NCBI RefSeq assembly: GCF_004010195.1
Contig: NC_057721.1
Span: 44,513,040 to 44,577,039, forward strand
Direction: 5' to 3'
From: Chiloscyllium plagiosum
Taxonomy: Eukaryota
DNA length: 64,000 bases
Shown here: positions 27,159 through 41,800 of the stretch, piece after piece
Layout of the letters: every line of letters starts with the position of its first letter
Numbering within the stretch: the first letter of the stretch is position 1
Made by a program: the position numbers and the translations under genes
Notes under the pieces: model-generated
The model's database searches: none
The model's input: the letters and a program-made list of their open reading frames with translations, nothing else
Told to the model about the DNA's origin: nothing

Positions 27159-27619
27159 CTATTATCCAATGGAGGTCATCAACCATCAACATAAAGAAAG
27201 GGCACAGGGAAACTAGCGGAGTAAAGACATGGCATCATCAGGGTAACAAGCTTCCTCACTTTGCAAGGAGTAATTATCTGCCTTTACATTATTTTGCAGA
27301 CAACACGTGTGTATTCAGAAATCTACTTCAATTGCAAGCTCAATATACAGAAGAACTTTGATTGTACTCATCATGTGTATCATGTCAGTCAGTGCTTTAG
27401 TTTCCTGGCAGCTGCATGGTACCTCTACTGTGCCCATCATACCATCAGCACAGGAGACCAGAGGGTAGTTATCAATCACAAGGGCCAGCTACCGATCACC
27501 TGGTTTGTGACTCTAGTATGCATTCCACATTTCATCATTCACACAATCAATTACTGTAGTGGCTCTTCAACAGCTTGGACTTCCATTGAGTAATCCTACA
27601 CGTTGGAGCCTGAACTGAC

Positions 27620-28470
27620 CAGTGAACCTGATGGACTTCTAAGGTCTTAAAAAGAATGGCTAATTTGATAGTCAAAGGGTTTTTCTCTTTCAAAACTCCC
27701 AGATTTGGGAAATGTTCCATTTGAATGGAAAATAACAAATGTAACTCCTTTCTTCAAAAAGAGGGGAAGGCGTGGAATGGAAATTTGGGAAAATATGAAG
27801 CTATTCATTTCAGCAGGAAGAACAAAAGAGAAGCATATTAACTGAGTTGTGAGAGGATGCCTGCATTACAAAAAGTTATCATGACGAAAGCTATTAGAAT
27901 GATATCATTGATTTAGAGAGAATTTAATATAAAAGTAGAGAGATTATGCTTCAGTTATACAGGACATTGGTGAGACCACATCTAGAGTACAGTATTTATG
28001 TCTTTATTTAAGCAATGATGTAAATTCATTGGAGTTACTTCATAGAAGATTTACTAGACTAATACATGCAACAGGTGGTTGTCATCTGAGGAAACGTTGG
28101 ACAGCCTAGGCTTACATCACTGGAGTTTAGAAGAATTAGTGCTAACTTGGTTAAAACGTATAAGAACTTGAGGAGTTCTGATGGGTGGGTGTTGAGTGGG
28201 AGAATATTTCAACATAAAGGGTCACCCATTTTAAGACAGAGATGAAGTGTTTTGATGACAGAATTTGATGAGTCATTGGAATGCTCTTCCTCAGAAGGCA
28301 GTGGAAGTGAGTCCTTGATAGATCTTTAACAAGCAAAGGGTGAAAGGTCATCACAGAGAGGTAGGAATGTAGATTACATATTACAATCAGATCATCACTG
28401 ATCTTACTGAATGGATCTGGAAGTTTGTGGGACAGAGTGGCCCACCCTCACTTCCAGTTGTATATGATGA
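27620..28470 (+). mobile_element. Old CR1 fragment
   Basis: NVTPFFKK, LQLYRTLVRPHLEY remnants. Confidence 0.7.
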
Positions 28471-30741
28471 TACTTTATGGTGCCCTGTGTCTTGTACACT
28501 TTCATCAATTTCATAAGGGCACTGATATTGCCACCTGATATATAGCAAGTGACAAAAGAAGAAAAAGGAGCAGCAAGAAGGCAAGCAACTCATCCCAATT
28601 CCAAATAAGTGATTCTGAATCTGCTCATCCAACTGCAGTGCCAGAATACATTTCCAATTCCCCACTCAGCAGTAGTCCCATTTCAACAGCCCAATGGTGC
28701 TGAATATTACGGCCCCACAAAGCTGAAATAAAAACCAACACAAAACATTCCAATCTAACTTGATCAATTAAAGAATGCAACATTGCTTACAAATGTGAAC
28801 TAATCTCCCTGTGTATTTCTCCAGTACCTATCTTAAGATTGCCTTTGCTTGTCAATCATATTCCTCTGCAGAAGAGATGGGGTGGTAAGCCTGACCTATG
28901 TGTGACTCCAGATACACAACAATGTCCTTAAGGATTAACTGCCCTCTGAAATGGCCCAGCAAGCCATTCTGTTCAAGGACAGTTCAGGATGAGCAAAATA
29001 TGCTGGTCTTGTCACCAATGCCCACACCCAAGAAAGAATTTTTTAAAAAGTGCCACCCCTTTGGCTGCAACACAGCTAGAGGAAGGCTGATAGCTTACAA
29101 TGGGGGAAACTGAAGCTGACCTTGCAATCTGTGGAGGTCCTGTTGTGGGACAACACCACCTCAGTATGGGCTAACGAGTTGACAGAGTACTGGTGGAGTA
29201 GCAGTAATGGAAGGATGAATATTACCATTCTGAGAGATAACAATAGTTTGCATTTTACAGACCCACTGCTGTTTCCTTGTGTTGGTGCCTCAACAATCCT
29301 AGTAATGTGTTAGAGGATGGATTATTGTATTGCTGTGCAACCCTGAGTAAACCAATCTGAACACTGGTAACTGCAGCTCTCTGGGTTTCCACTGCAAAAC
29401 TCAGTTGTTGAGTGGCTTTCTGCTGCTATCTTTGAAACTGACCATGCTGCTACTATGTTGTATCAGGTTTGGGGCTATAGTGCATAAATTGATTAATGCT
29501 TCACTTTCTTGCTGGGAAGAATAGGCTTGAAAATGTACTCACTGATGTCAACCACTCACATGAGGTTATTGAACATCGTACAGCACTGCACCCTGATCTT
29601 CATGGCAATGTTACAAGTATTGACCATGACCGTGCCTTTGCAGTGTCTGAATGGAAGCCCTCCTTGTCCAATATCCATCTCCTGAACTCATGCTGCCAGA
29701 GTTGCAACAGAGAATACCTTTTGTGTCATATTTCAGGGATGATCATCATCGGATTCTCTCTTCTTCCAGAAACTGTGACAGCTAGATGGCACTTATATTT
29801 TAAGAGGTACAAACAGACTTTAAGAAATGCAGACAAGCTTTCATCAGTGCTAGTCTCTTATGAATTTCCACATCCCACTGAGACATGCAGCCACTGAAAA
29901 ATGCACATCACACTGGCTGTGTTACAATAATGGTAGTGAGCTGGCAGCATGGAGTTTGCACTCCTTATATTCATTTCAGGCCTTTTGAATTTCATAGACT
30001 TTGAACATTAGAGTCATTCTTCCTCCTTCAAATGTGCATTCAGCTTTTTTGTGCGCTAGTCATCCTAAATCAGTCCCTAATCACTTACTATATATTTCCG
30101 ATCCATTGACAAGGATAGCACAAATTACCTTGAATGATTGCTCAGTTATAATGCCAAAAGGGATAAAATAACATTTCAACCTTTATTCTAAGATGGCTCC
30201 AGCAGAATTCTGTTGAGCAGGATTTGACTGACAACCTCTAATAAAGTGTTTTACCTAGCACAGACTGTATTACTTTGCTTGGACTAAAAAAATCCTTTTA
30301 TTTAGTTTTCCCTTGATAAGATAATTGGTGTATTTAATCTGTTGCTATGTTACTCACCAACAAGGAGCTGTAATTAGAAATACAGATTGACCTATTAATA
30401 GTCCCATTCTCAAGATCATTAACCCTTTCCATTTCTAGTTCTGACAATTCTGGAGCTCCTGGCATATCATTAGGTTCTGATTGTTTCAAAGTCATTGTTG
30501 AAAGACACTTTTGTTTCTCAAACAAATGTTCTTTTTTAATTCACAAGATGATGTTAAGGTTGCATAGATAGAAAAAAGAAAAAAATGTTGCAGGAGTAGG
30601 AATAGAGGACAAAAATGTAACAAATAAACAATATAAAGTAGTTGTAATAAAATTAAAACAAGATCTTCTGATTTTAAAAATTTATGCAGTCATGTAATTC
30701 TGTTCCTATCTATGTCTAACTGTAATTTCTCTTGGCAAATA

Positions 30742-31335
30742 TGCACACTCATACACCCCCCGCATTCATACCGACACACGCACCTTCTCACGCATACCAC
30801 ATCATACTCACACATACTTAGCCAAGCTTACACACACACACACTATCATGTGCACACACACACCCATATGCACACTCATAGGTACACTCAATCTATCATT
30901 CCTACATGCACACACATATAAGCTTATGGGGTGAATTTTGTTTTTGCAGAATTACATTTCATTTTGCTCAAACACTGCATGAATCCATGTAAAATGTTGT
31001 TAAACTACACAGAGGGTTTTGTTTAAAAAGCTGAGCTATCTTGAGAATGTAATTTAAACGAAGCTCTGAGATTTACATATCAAAGAACTGAAACCAGCAT
31101 ATCCCATTATAAAAGATGAAAGTTCTAATCTAAGATTGTTTACTGTATCACATCTCCATGGCACTGGACTCCTTTGCCTATAAATTCTGTGAGCATGATC
31201 TTAACCTCCACAACCATCCGATGAAGGAGCGGCGCTCGAAAAGCAGTGCTTCCAAATAAACCTGTTGGACTATAACCTGGTGTTGTGTGATTTTTAACTT
31301 TGTCCACCCCAGTCCAACACCGGCACCTCCAAGTT
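30742..31335 (+). mobile_element. Penelope-derived repeat with a CA-rich segment (30742-30920) and a degenerate hammerhead
   Basis: Shares about 280 bp with 45225-45512; ccgatgaaggagcggcgctcgaaaagcagtg at about 31218-31247. Confidence 0.6.
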
Positions 31336-31559
31336 ATGTTTACTTGTGTGGCTTTATGAGCTGGATTTTACAGTGCATGTAATCTGCACATCGTTTGCTA
31401 AGATGATTCCAGTGGGGAATTCCGTAAATCCCGTAACAATCCCGTAAACTGTAAGATGTACATGTAAAAGTTAGTCATTCACCCATTGAATAAAACATCA
31501 TTATTTTTACCTTCTGAACATGATACTGTAGCTTTCTGCAGTCTTTCTCCATTTATATA

Positions 31560-33640
31560 ATTATCAACTCCTCCATTTTTCATGCTAATGTGCATAACCT
31601 CACATTTTCTCACATTATATTCCAACTACCAACTTATTGCACACTTACTTAACCTGTCTAAATCCCTCTTTTTTGTGTCATCCTCACTACTTGTCTTCCC
31701 ATTTATTTTTGTGTCATCCACACATTTGGTGATAATACATTCACTTCTACATTCACTTCCCTCACCCAGATAAATAATTGTGAACTCAGCACTTGTTCCT
31801 GTGGAACTCCATTATTACAGTTGCCATCCTGAAAGTGTCCCATATTTTATTCCCTACTTTGTGTGAGTTAACAAATCCTCTGTCCATGCTAATATACTAT
31901 CCCCAGCACCGTTAAGTAGTCTTATATGTGTTACCTTATCAAACATCTTTTGGAAATTCAAGTAGATTACATGCACTGGTTCCCCTTTATCTATCCTGCC
32001 TGTTACCTTCTCAAAATGGCCCAATAAATTTGCCATATATAATGTCCCCTTCATGCATCCAACTGTCTGTGCTTGATTATGTATTTTTTTAAATGCTGTG
32101 CTATTATATCCTTTAAATTAGACTCCAACACTTTTCCAAAGATGGATATTAAGCTAAGTGAACTATAGTCATTTTATTTGGCTTCTTCCCTTTTTGAAAA
32201 AAAGGCATTACATTGGCAGTTTTGCAATCTGCTGAGACTTTTCTTGAATTTAGGGATTCATGAAAGATTACTACCAATGCATCTACTATCGCCATAGCTA
32301 CTTCCTTTAACATCCCAGATGCAATCCATCAGGTCCATTGCCTTTAGCACCATTAGTTTCCCTAGTACTTTTTTTTCTAATGATAATTATTGTACGTACT
32401 TCCTCTCCACTCTTGCCCTTGATTAATCATTTTATAATGCCAAAAGTGTCTTCTACCATGAAGACTGATGCCAAGTATTTATTCACCTTCTTATGGTTTC
32501 ATTTCATGGTTCCCCAATTACTATTTCCTCAACCTCATTCTCTGAAGGGCTTATGTTCACTTTGGTCTCTCTGTTCCTTTTTATATATTTAATAATACAT
32601 GTTTAAATATATATATATATATATTTATTTATAATATAATGTATTAATAATATTATGTTTTGAAAAGACTTACTAGCCTGCTCTCAAAGTTTATGATCTC
32701 CATCTTTATAATATTTTTAGTCATATTTTGTTGGTTTCTAAAACTTGTCCAATCCTCTGACTTAGCACTAATCTTTGCCACATTGTTTATTTTCCTTTCA
32801 ATTTGATGCTATTCTTAACTTTGTTGGTTAACCATGTTTGGTTTGTCCCCTTCCTAGAAACCTTATTTCTCTCTGGGACATATCTTTTTTGTGAGTCATG
32901 AACTACAGCCACTTTCTTCTGCTAAACTGAGAGAAAGCTGGAACAGGTTGGATGATCAGCCATGATGATATTGTATGGCAGATCAGACTTGAATGGTTTA
33001 CTTGCTGCTGTTTCCTATGTTTCATTGGAACTAATTTCCCAGTCAACTTTATCCAACTGTATATTCCTTCCTTTGCAATTACCTTATTTAAATTTAGCAC
33101 ATTTGTTTCTGTCCAAGTTTGTCATTCTCAAACTGAAAGCATCATTTTACCATGCTGTGGTTATTGTTTCCTAAGGGATATTTTACTCTGAGATCATGTA
33201 TTGTACCTGCCTTATTACACATTCAAAATGGCCTGATTCCTAGTTCAATGAACAACATATTGTTCTAGAAAACTGTCCAAAATACATTGTATTAATTCTT
33301 CCTCATGACTACCTCTGCCAATTTGTTTTTTTTCTGATCGACATGAAGATTAAAGTCACCCATGATTAATGTACTGCCTTTTTCAAGCCCTCTTTAACTC
33401 CTGATTTATTATTTGTCATACAGCATAGCTACACATAAGATCATGGAAACTACTCACACTAGTGTCTTTTTCCCCTTATAATTTCCTACTTCCATCCATA
33501 TGGATTCTAAACTTTCTAATCAAACATCATTTCTTGCTATCATACTTATTCCATCTCATACAAGCAAAGCGACCACACCATCCTTTCCTTCCTGTTTGTT
33601 CTTTTGAAGTCATGTATCAGGTAAACATAAAGACACTAAT
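31560..33640 (-). mobile_element. Old CR1 ORF2 remnant (endonuclease + RT)
   Basis: - strand: RIDKGEPVHVIYLNFQKMFDKV (RT) and GSTLIMGDFNLH (APE endonuclease). Confidence 0.75.
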
Positions 33641-34139
33641 GTCTTAGTAGACAATCAGGTTGCTTTCTCTTGAGGGTGAGATGACTGGTGGTGGTTTAAC
33701 CTGAGGGTACTAGTCCTCAGACAAGGCGAGAGGATGAGAAGGTGAATTGAGCCCATACTGTTGGCATCACCTTGCTTTTAAACCTGCTGTACAGCCAACT
33801 GAGCTAACTAACTACCTTAATCCATAAACTAATGAATATTTAGTCCCCAGATTTGATCTCCTTGTTTCCATGTCTCCATAATGGCTGTTAACCCTATTAA
33901 CCTCAATTTGTGCTACTGTTTGCATTTATTTTATTTAGAATACTATGCACATTTAAATAAAGAGCCAACAACAGTACCTTTGCCATTTTCTTTCCCCATT
34001 TTCCCTATTTGGTCCTAATTTTCTATGTTTGTATATGCTACAACTTCATGTTCCACTCTGCACTTCATTATCCAAATAACTGCCTTGTAATGGCATATCC
34101 TTTTGCTTTGTAAACCTACATATCCCTTCTCCCAAAATT

Positions 34140-35420
34140 GGATGATGACACTTAGATCCCTCCCCTCTGATTCCAAGTTCTTCTCTGACCCTGAGGAGAT
34201 GTCCTTAACCTGGCACCAGGCTGATAAAGTCAGCCTTTGGAATTTGTGCTCACACTACAGTGAACAGTGTTTATCTCCCTAATTAAACAGTCCCCTAAAA
34301 CCACTGCATTCCTATTTCCTCCTCATAGTATAGTGTCATGGTCAGTGTGTTCAGCCTCCCTGCAGTCTCCATTCACATCCACAAAGCTTACAAAAACTTG
34401 TTGGATAATCACAGGGGCTGAAGCTCCTTGAACACTATTCCCTAGGTCCGCATACATAGAACATATAGAACATAGAACATTACAGCGCAGTACAGGCCCT
34501 TCGGCCCTCGATGTTGCGCTGACCTGTCATACCAATCTGAAGCCCATCTAACCTACACTATTCCATGTACGTCCATATGCTTGTCCAATGACTTAAATGT
34601 ACTTAAAGTTGGCGAATCTACTACCGTTGCAGGCAAAGCATTCCATACCCTTACTACTCTCAGAGTAAAGAAACTATCTCTGACATCTGTCCTATATCTA
34701 TCACCCCTCAATTTAAAGCTATGCCTCCTCATGCTCGCCCTGTCCACCCTATCTTCTTCTCTCCAACGAAAACAGCCTCAAGTATCTCGGCCTTTCCTTG
34801 TAAGACCTTCCCTCCATACCAGGCAACATCCTAGTAAATCTCCTCTGCACCCTTTCCAAAAATTCCACATCCTTCTTATAATGCGGTGACCAGAACTGTA
34901 CACAATACTCCAAGTGCGGCCGCACCAGAGTTTTGTACAGCTGCAACATAACTTCATGGTTCTGGAACTCGATCCCTCTATTAATAAAAGCTAAAACACT
35001 GTATGCCTTTTTAACAACCCTGTCAACCTGGGTGGCAACTTTCAAGGATCTGTGTACCTGGACACTGAGATCTCTCTGCTCATCTACACTACCAAGAATC
35101 TTACCATTAGCCCAGTACTTTGCATTCCAGATACTCTGACCAAAGTGAATCACCTCACACTTGTCCGCATTAAACTCCATTACAAACCATTTTTCCCTTG
35201 ATGACAGACCAAATTTGAATTTTAATGACCTAGTCTGAATGGTGTGACGACTTTTGGAACAATGTGTCCATGTACATTTTCCAGCATCTCAACTTGGATC
35301 TGAAATTGCTCAGAATGGAAACACTTAATCCAGATGTGTTAACTCTGGATCACCCTGGTGTCCAGAAACTCCCACTTGTTGCAGCAGCAACACATCACCA
35401 GTCCTGCCACCACCGTCATA
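34140..35420 (-). mobile_element. CR1 ORF1 remnant interrupted by a younger CR1 3' fragment (34455-35180)
   Basis: PGARVKDIS esterase-like motif at about 34200; nested ORF 34749-35180 MEFNADKCEVIHFG..HLEYCVQFWSPH; tail (catagaa)n at 34455-34478. Confidence 0.75.
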
Positions 35421-35749
35421 TTTAAGTTATGAAGTAATTACTCAAGAATGCCTGTTTTTTACACATTATTATTTTAATTATCTCTTAAAAGCATAAGAAT
35501 CAATCTTATACTTGAGCTATTTTTCAGAAAAGAGAAAAAGGCTAGAGACCTAAATACAAACTGAAAGTCTTACCTTTACTTGAAAGACTGGAAACATTCA
35601 CCTATCCTGCTCACCAAGTAGCTGCTTTCTCTGCACTCTCATTGCATTGTTCCAGATGTCATTCACCCATTGGTCTCATTGCAAATAGGCTTTTTAATCC
35701 ATAGCTTTTATCTCTCTTGCTCACCTTTCCGTCTAGAGACGACACTTTT

Positions 35750-36067
35750 TTAGATTAGATTACTTAGTGTAGAAACAGGCCCTTCGGCCCAACAAGTCCA
35801 CAGCAACCCGCCGAAGTGCACCCCACCTAGACCCATTCCCCTACATTTACCCCTTCACCTAACACTACGGCGGTCAATTTAGCATGGCCAATTCACCTAA
35901 TCTGCACATTTTTGGATTGTGGGAGGAAACCGGAGCACCCGGAGGAAACCCACGCAGACACAGGGAGAGTGTGCAAACTCCACACAGAGAGTCGCCTGAG
36001 ACGGGAATTGAACCCAGGTGTCTGGCGCTGTGAGGCAGCAGTGCTAACCACTGTGCCACCGTGCCGC
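35750..36067 (-). mobile_element. HE1-like V-SINE, full length and young
   Basis: On the - strand it begins gcggcacggtggcacagtggttagcactg with box B GGTTCAATTCC; CpGs retained; (tctaa)n tail. Confidence 0.9.
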
Positions 36068-36557
36068 TATTTGTCCCTCAACACCACATTCCCACTTCAA
36101 ACCAAATTCCCAGTTAATACTCTTTTGGCCTTTGTCTCACTCTTACACTAACTTTGTTTCCTTATTTGTCCATTGGCAATTTATAACAGAGAACACAGTT
36201 AATCGCTTTCAGGTGCAACTCCACCCTCACCTCAGGAGCACATCCTGCCTTAGAGAGTGGAGACCTAATTGAAGCTGACAACTCTCTAGGCCCAGCCGGA
36301 GATCCCTGCTAAGGGATCTGATGAGGACCTATCTCTCGAAGGGGTGATGAGAAGTTGTGAGGCGGTCAGGTTCAAGAGGCCCATGGTATGGATTACAGCA
36401 CCAACTCCCTCTCTCTTCCCCCCCCCCCCCCCAGTCCAAACCACCACTACCATTACTTCCTGAGGTCACACAGCGAAAGATGCTGGGCTTCCTTCATGGC
36501 ATGAGCTTTCCACCACCAAGGTTAAAATTCCAGTAGCAGCAAGACTAGGTCTTTTGT

Positions 36558-36803
36558 AGAATCCCTACAGTGCAGGCAGAGGCCATTCAGTCCATCAGGT
36601 TTTATACCAACCTCTGAAGTGCTTCCCATCCATTCCTGAAATCCCACCAAACCTGCACATCTTTTGACTGTGGGAGGAAACTGGAGCACCCAGAGGAAAC
36701 TCAGAGAGAATGTGCAAATTCTGTGGAGACAGTCACCCAAGGCTGGAATTGAACCCGGGTCCCTGGTGCTGTGAGGCAGTAATGCTAACCACTGAGTCAC
36801 CAT
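36558..36803 (-). mobile_element. HE1-like V-SINE
   Basis: Box A/B and core on the - strand. Confidence 0.82.
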
Positions 36804-36984
36804 TTTAATCGGCCATTCGTTAGATACTTAAATGCTTTAATAGACCAAAGGACAGTCAGGCTGTCTGCAAATTTCTGAACTGGGCAGCAGAGAGGGCCAC
36901 TCTCTGCATCTCACCTGCTATCCCCAATGCCATCTTCAAACTCACAGGTCAGGGAACATGAAACCCAGATCCTGTATTGTACAT

Positions 36985-38845
36985 ACATCTCATAGACCTC
37001 CCCCCCAGTAGCAACAGAGACACGAGGAGCAGATTGAGAGGCAGATTATGGAAATGTGCAGAAGTAATGGGGTTGTTGTCAAAGGTGATGATTCCTGATG
37101 AAGGGCTTATGCCCGAAACATCACTTCTCCTGCTCATCGAATGCTGCCTGACCTGCTGTGCCTTTCCAGTGCCACACTCTTGACTCTGATCTCCAGCATC
37201 AGCAATCCTCATTTTATCCTGATATGCTCGAACAGGTTGATGTTAAGAACAAGGATGTACTGGAAATTTTGAAAAATATGAGGATAGATAAGAACCCTGG
37301 GCCAGACAGGATATACCCAAGGTTACTACGGGAAGCGAGAGAAGAGATTGCTTCGTCTTTAGCAATGATCTTTGTGCCCTCACTGTCTACTGGAGTTTTA
37401 CTAGATGATTGGAGGATGGCAAATGTTATTCCCTTATTTAAGAAAGGGAATAAGGATAATCCTGGGAATTACAGGCCAATCAGTCTTATGTCGGTAGTGG
37501 GCAAATTATTGGAGAGGATTCTGAGAGAAAGGATTTATGATTATTTGGAAAAGTATAGCTTGATTAGAGGTAATTGGCATGGCTTTGTGAGAGGCAGATC
37601 ATGCCTCACAAACCTTATGAAATTCTTTCAGGATATGACAAACATGTTGATGAAGGTCGAGCAGTGGATGTGGTGTTCATGGATTTTAGCAAGGCATTTT
37701 ATAAAGTTCCCCATGATGGGCTTATTCAGAAAGTAAGGAGGCATGGCATGCATGGAAATATGACTGTCTGGATACGGAATTGGCTGGCCCATTGAAGACA
37801 GAGGGTAGTAGATGGAAAGTATTCAGCCTGGAACTCGGTGACTAGTGGTGTTCCATGTGAGTCTGTTCTGGGATCTCTGCTCTTTGTGATTTTTCTAAAT
37901 GACTTGGATGAGAAAGTGGAAGGGTGGGTTAGTATGTTTGTTGATGACATGAAGGTTGGTGGAGTGGTGGCTAGTGTGGAGGGCTGTTGTAGGTTGCAAT
38001 GGGCCATTGACAGGATGCAGAACTGGACTGATAAGTGGCAGATGGCGGTCAACCTGGAAAAGTGTGAAGTGATTCATTTTGGAAGGTTAAATTTGAGTGC
38101 AGATTACAGGGTTAAAGGTGGGATTCTTGGCAGTGTGGAGGAACAGAGGGATCTTGGGGTCCATGTCCATAGATCTCTCAAAATTGCCACCCAAATTGAT
38201 AGGGTTATTAAGAAGGCGTACAGTGTATTGGCTTTCATTGGCAAGGAGATTGAGTTTAAAAGCTGTGAGGTCATGCTGCAGCTCTATAAAGTCATGTTTA
38301 GACTACACTTGGAATATTGTGTTCAGTTCTGGTTGACTCATTATAGCAAGGATGATGAAGCTTTAGAGAGGGCGCAGAAGAGATTTACCAGGATGCTGCC
38401 TGGATTGGAGGGCATGTCTTATGAAGAAAGGTTGAGGAAGCTCGGGCTTTTCTTACTGGAATGAAGAATGATGAGAGGTGACTTGATAGAGGTATACAAG
38501 ATGATGAGAGGCCTAGATAGAGTGGATAGCCAGAGACATTTTCCCAGGGCGCAAATGGCTATCATGAGGGGGCATAATTTTAAGATGTTTGGAGGAAGGT
38601 TTAGGGGAGATGTCAGAGGTAGGTTCTTTACACAGAGAGTGGTGGGTGTATGGAATGCACTGCCAGCAGTGGTAGTAGAGTCAGATACATTAGGGACATT
38701 TAAATGACTTTTGGATAGGCACATGGATGATAGTAAAATGAAGGGTAAGTAGGTTAATTTGATGTTAGAGTAGTATAAAAGGCTGGCACAACATTGTGGG
38801 CCGAAGAGCCTGAACTGTGCTGTATTGTTGTATGATCTATATTCA
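36985..38845 (+). mobile_element. CR1 LINE ORF2 (frameshifted), with a Penelope hammerhead tail at 37091-37215
   Basis: PGPDRIYPRLL..ANVIPLFKKGNKDNPGNYRPISL..FVDDMKVGG..HLEYCVQFW; endonuclease remnant (RPP..VVVKGD) upstream of 37090. Confidence 0.92.
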
Positions 38846-41800
38846 ATGTTTATCTGTGTGCTGGTTTATCTGTCTGCCTGTTTATGGTATCTGAATCTGG
38901 GTCCACATTCTTGTGCATAAGAGATTAATCCTATGATAATCTAGAAAAAGTTAAAAATCTAGTGGAGATAGTGCCCTTAGATATTCCCCTCCCTTTCTTT
39001 TTGTGGCTCTATAACATGAGCTTGCATATATTTGATTATTTACGCTATTATTTTTCAATGTGCAGAAATAGAAAAAAAAAACTATGCTTTCTTTATATTT
39101 TCTCATTTCATTTCTTGGTTCATTTTTCCAGCCATCAATCCTTACTGTAAACAAAGTATTAATCTATCTAAACCTATTCATCATGACAGGACTAGCATTT
39201 GTCTAAGAAATGAGGCATTAAATGAAGTGCTGTGAGTACAGAATGTGTGGTAAATTGGATTGCCGCCTTTTGCAGACTGTGCTCTCTTTCAAATATCCAT
39301 AATGATACACTGCTAGAAACTGCTAGCAGGGATGATGTTGAAGTGGAGAAATTAAAGGCATTGTTTTTAAAATTTGGAAATAATTGATCCATTTTATATT
39401 TCAAAATAATGTGAGGGATATCAAAGTCGTCCTTGGAGTGGAAGCAAATACTACTGAACACCACTGACACTTATTAGATGAACTTCAATATAGTGCAGCA
39501 ACATATTATTGATTAATGTATTCCTGATCCACTCAGCTCCATTAATCACTATGTATAGTAGATTCATTGTGCTTCTCTACAGCCTGAGAGTGCCACACAA
39601 GGCTCTCTAAATCCTTTTGTCTGGAAGCTGTCATCTGTATAGTTTCAGTCTATTTGCTTTGCTTGCCAGATCATGTACAATTTTGGGGAATACAGTCAGC
39701 AGCACTCAGCTAATTTCAAGTGGATGACATGCTAGTGGCAGGTCAGTACTGTAATGTTTGTTTTCCAAAACTGTGAAATCAGCATTTTGTTTTGAACACT
39801 GCTGCTTAAAGCAACAATTTTTAAACAAATATCGACTCCAGGCTGGGGTGTCTTGAGGCACAAGGGGTTTGAACACCTTCGGCACATCCAGTATAAATGC
39901 TCCCACCAAGGTTAATAAGAATTGAAGTCATTTAACTTAAATAATTATAATATGCAGCCATCCTAATCAGTCCATCTCTCAAATGCTGCTTTGGAGAGGA
40001 TGCTATGAGTTAGGGTCTATCCTGTCACAATGGAATATAATATGTACCTGGGTCCATTTACAAGGAATAACAAAATTGCTGAGAATTCTTCATAGGTCCA
40101 GAATGTAATTCAGGTGAGCCCCACATGTGAAAATGGATAAGCTGAAACACATCCTCCCACCCGACTGTGCTGCCTGTCCACTATTCCTTTGAAACCAGGA
40201 GACTGTGAACTCCTGTGTGGGAGTTCCTGTCTATGATCATATCCAGCCTTACAGCACACATCTTGTAGATGGTGGGTAGCAATTCTGCTCTCAACAAGGA
40301 TCTGTAGAAGGCGTCATGCCTGGGCTTTGATCCTCACTGCAGAGCTTTCTTGAATTGTTTCTGAAGATATGGTAGAAGTGTGCCAGAACACCCATGGAAT
40401 TTTGGCAGCAATGTCTATAAAATGTTCCTAGACCTCCAGCCATCGTTTCTGCAGTGTAGTTTTCAACATACTCTACAATATACTGAAAGGGAGTGATTGC
40501 AATTTTTAAACATTATTCTAAAACCTTCTATTCCATACAGTGATTCATTTTCCAGGAATTGGTTTGCAAATGAAAGTGTTTTTGTTGTTTTAGTTCCTTT
40601 ACATGTTACCATGCAATCTGAGGAACTTACAATCTGCAAGTTATTTTTAAGTTACCAGGAGGAGTAACATTACAATTGGTATGGTAATATGTGAGTGCTT
40701 TGATTAAATATTAATGTGGTACAGATTCACACAATAAGGCTGCAAACACAGCAGCTTTTCGGATATAATGCTTGTTGTACATCACATTGATGGCCTCAAT
40801 GAATATTGCAAAGCAAAAAAAAGTATCATTGCAATATTATTCCAGTGAAAATTAAAAGCTGGACATCTTTCTCTGTTTCTCAGTCAGGTTTTGTAGCTAT
40901 CATTGTCGCTGGGCCTAATGGGGTCACACTAAACCTCAGTATCTTCTAATATCTAGCTCATCACTGAATAATCTCTTTAATTCTTCTGTAGTAGAACAGC
41001 TATCAGTATGACTCAAACATCTCTCAGTTTGTTCATTGACTGGGTAACATTTGAACTGTTCTTGTATAGTGTACTTAGTCTATCTATTTTGATGCCGTCC
41101 AATGTGCATCACTCTCATCCTACTAATCCACAATGTACCAAGATTCATTCATTAAATACTTTTTATTTATCGGGTTTTTAAAAATAACAAGATCTATTAA
41201 AGGTTTCATATGAGATAAAATTATCAATTTATTAACAAAACAAAACTTACTCAATGAACAAGAAATAATTGGTTGACATTTACCATCAGTAATATAACAG
41301 TATAAATGCTTATCCCTTTAAATATTTGCAAAATGCACAGACACTTCTCAAGAAGGAAAATAAACCATTCCTCTGCAGAGATTGGCTTTCTGGGAAAAAA
41401 AGACACTTTAGCCAATGGGGATTGTTGTTGAAGGTAAAAGGATGAAGCATAGCACATTCCAGAGTGTGTTGCTCTGTTGTTCTGGCATGAGTGGTCAAGT
41501 CACTAATGGTACACAGTTATCTCTGAAGAATTATAGACACAACTTACTCAGGAATTACAATCTCAATCAGTCTCACCAAAGAATAAATAGGTTTCGTCGG
41601 AACTCAACAAAAGGTTTTCCTTTTCAGAAATGAGAGATCAGCGAGGCAGCTTATTCTTAACAAGCATTTAACAAATCTGTTTGTTCTTAGTAGGCTATCC
41701 TCAACTAACATGTTCTTAGCAGGCTTTCCTCTAACTCAACCAGATTAATCAAGAATCTCTGTAAACCAGACACTGTTCAAACCAGGGCTGCCAGGGGATG

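Larger units (their letters stand above)
25690..28650 (+). mobile_element. Harbinger/PIF (HARBI1-like) DDE transposase relic, split by two CR1 insertions
   Basis: Collinear decayed motifs: HFTKE, QPQNRMRIAFSVAMKVFAVMNLF, QGVIICLYIIL..EIYFNCKLNIQ, NHKGQLPITWFVTL, MVPCVLYT..IRALILPP. Confidence 0.65.

Noticed and set aside
30742-30920. His/Thr-rich ORF
   Set aside because: Translation of degenerate CA-rich low-complexity sequence.
37158-38707. Long RT-like ORFs as an active or domesticated gene
   Set aside because: Frameshifts and stops, altered motifs (GVPCESVLG, FVDD) and missing 5' part indicate a dead CR1 copy.
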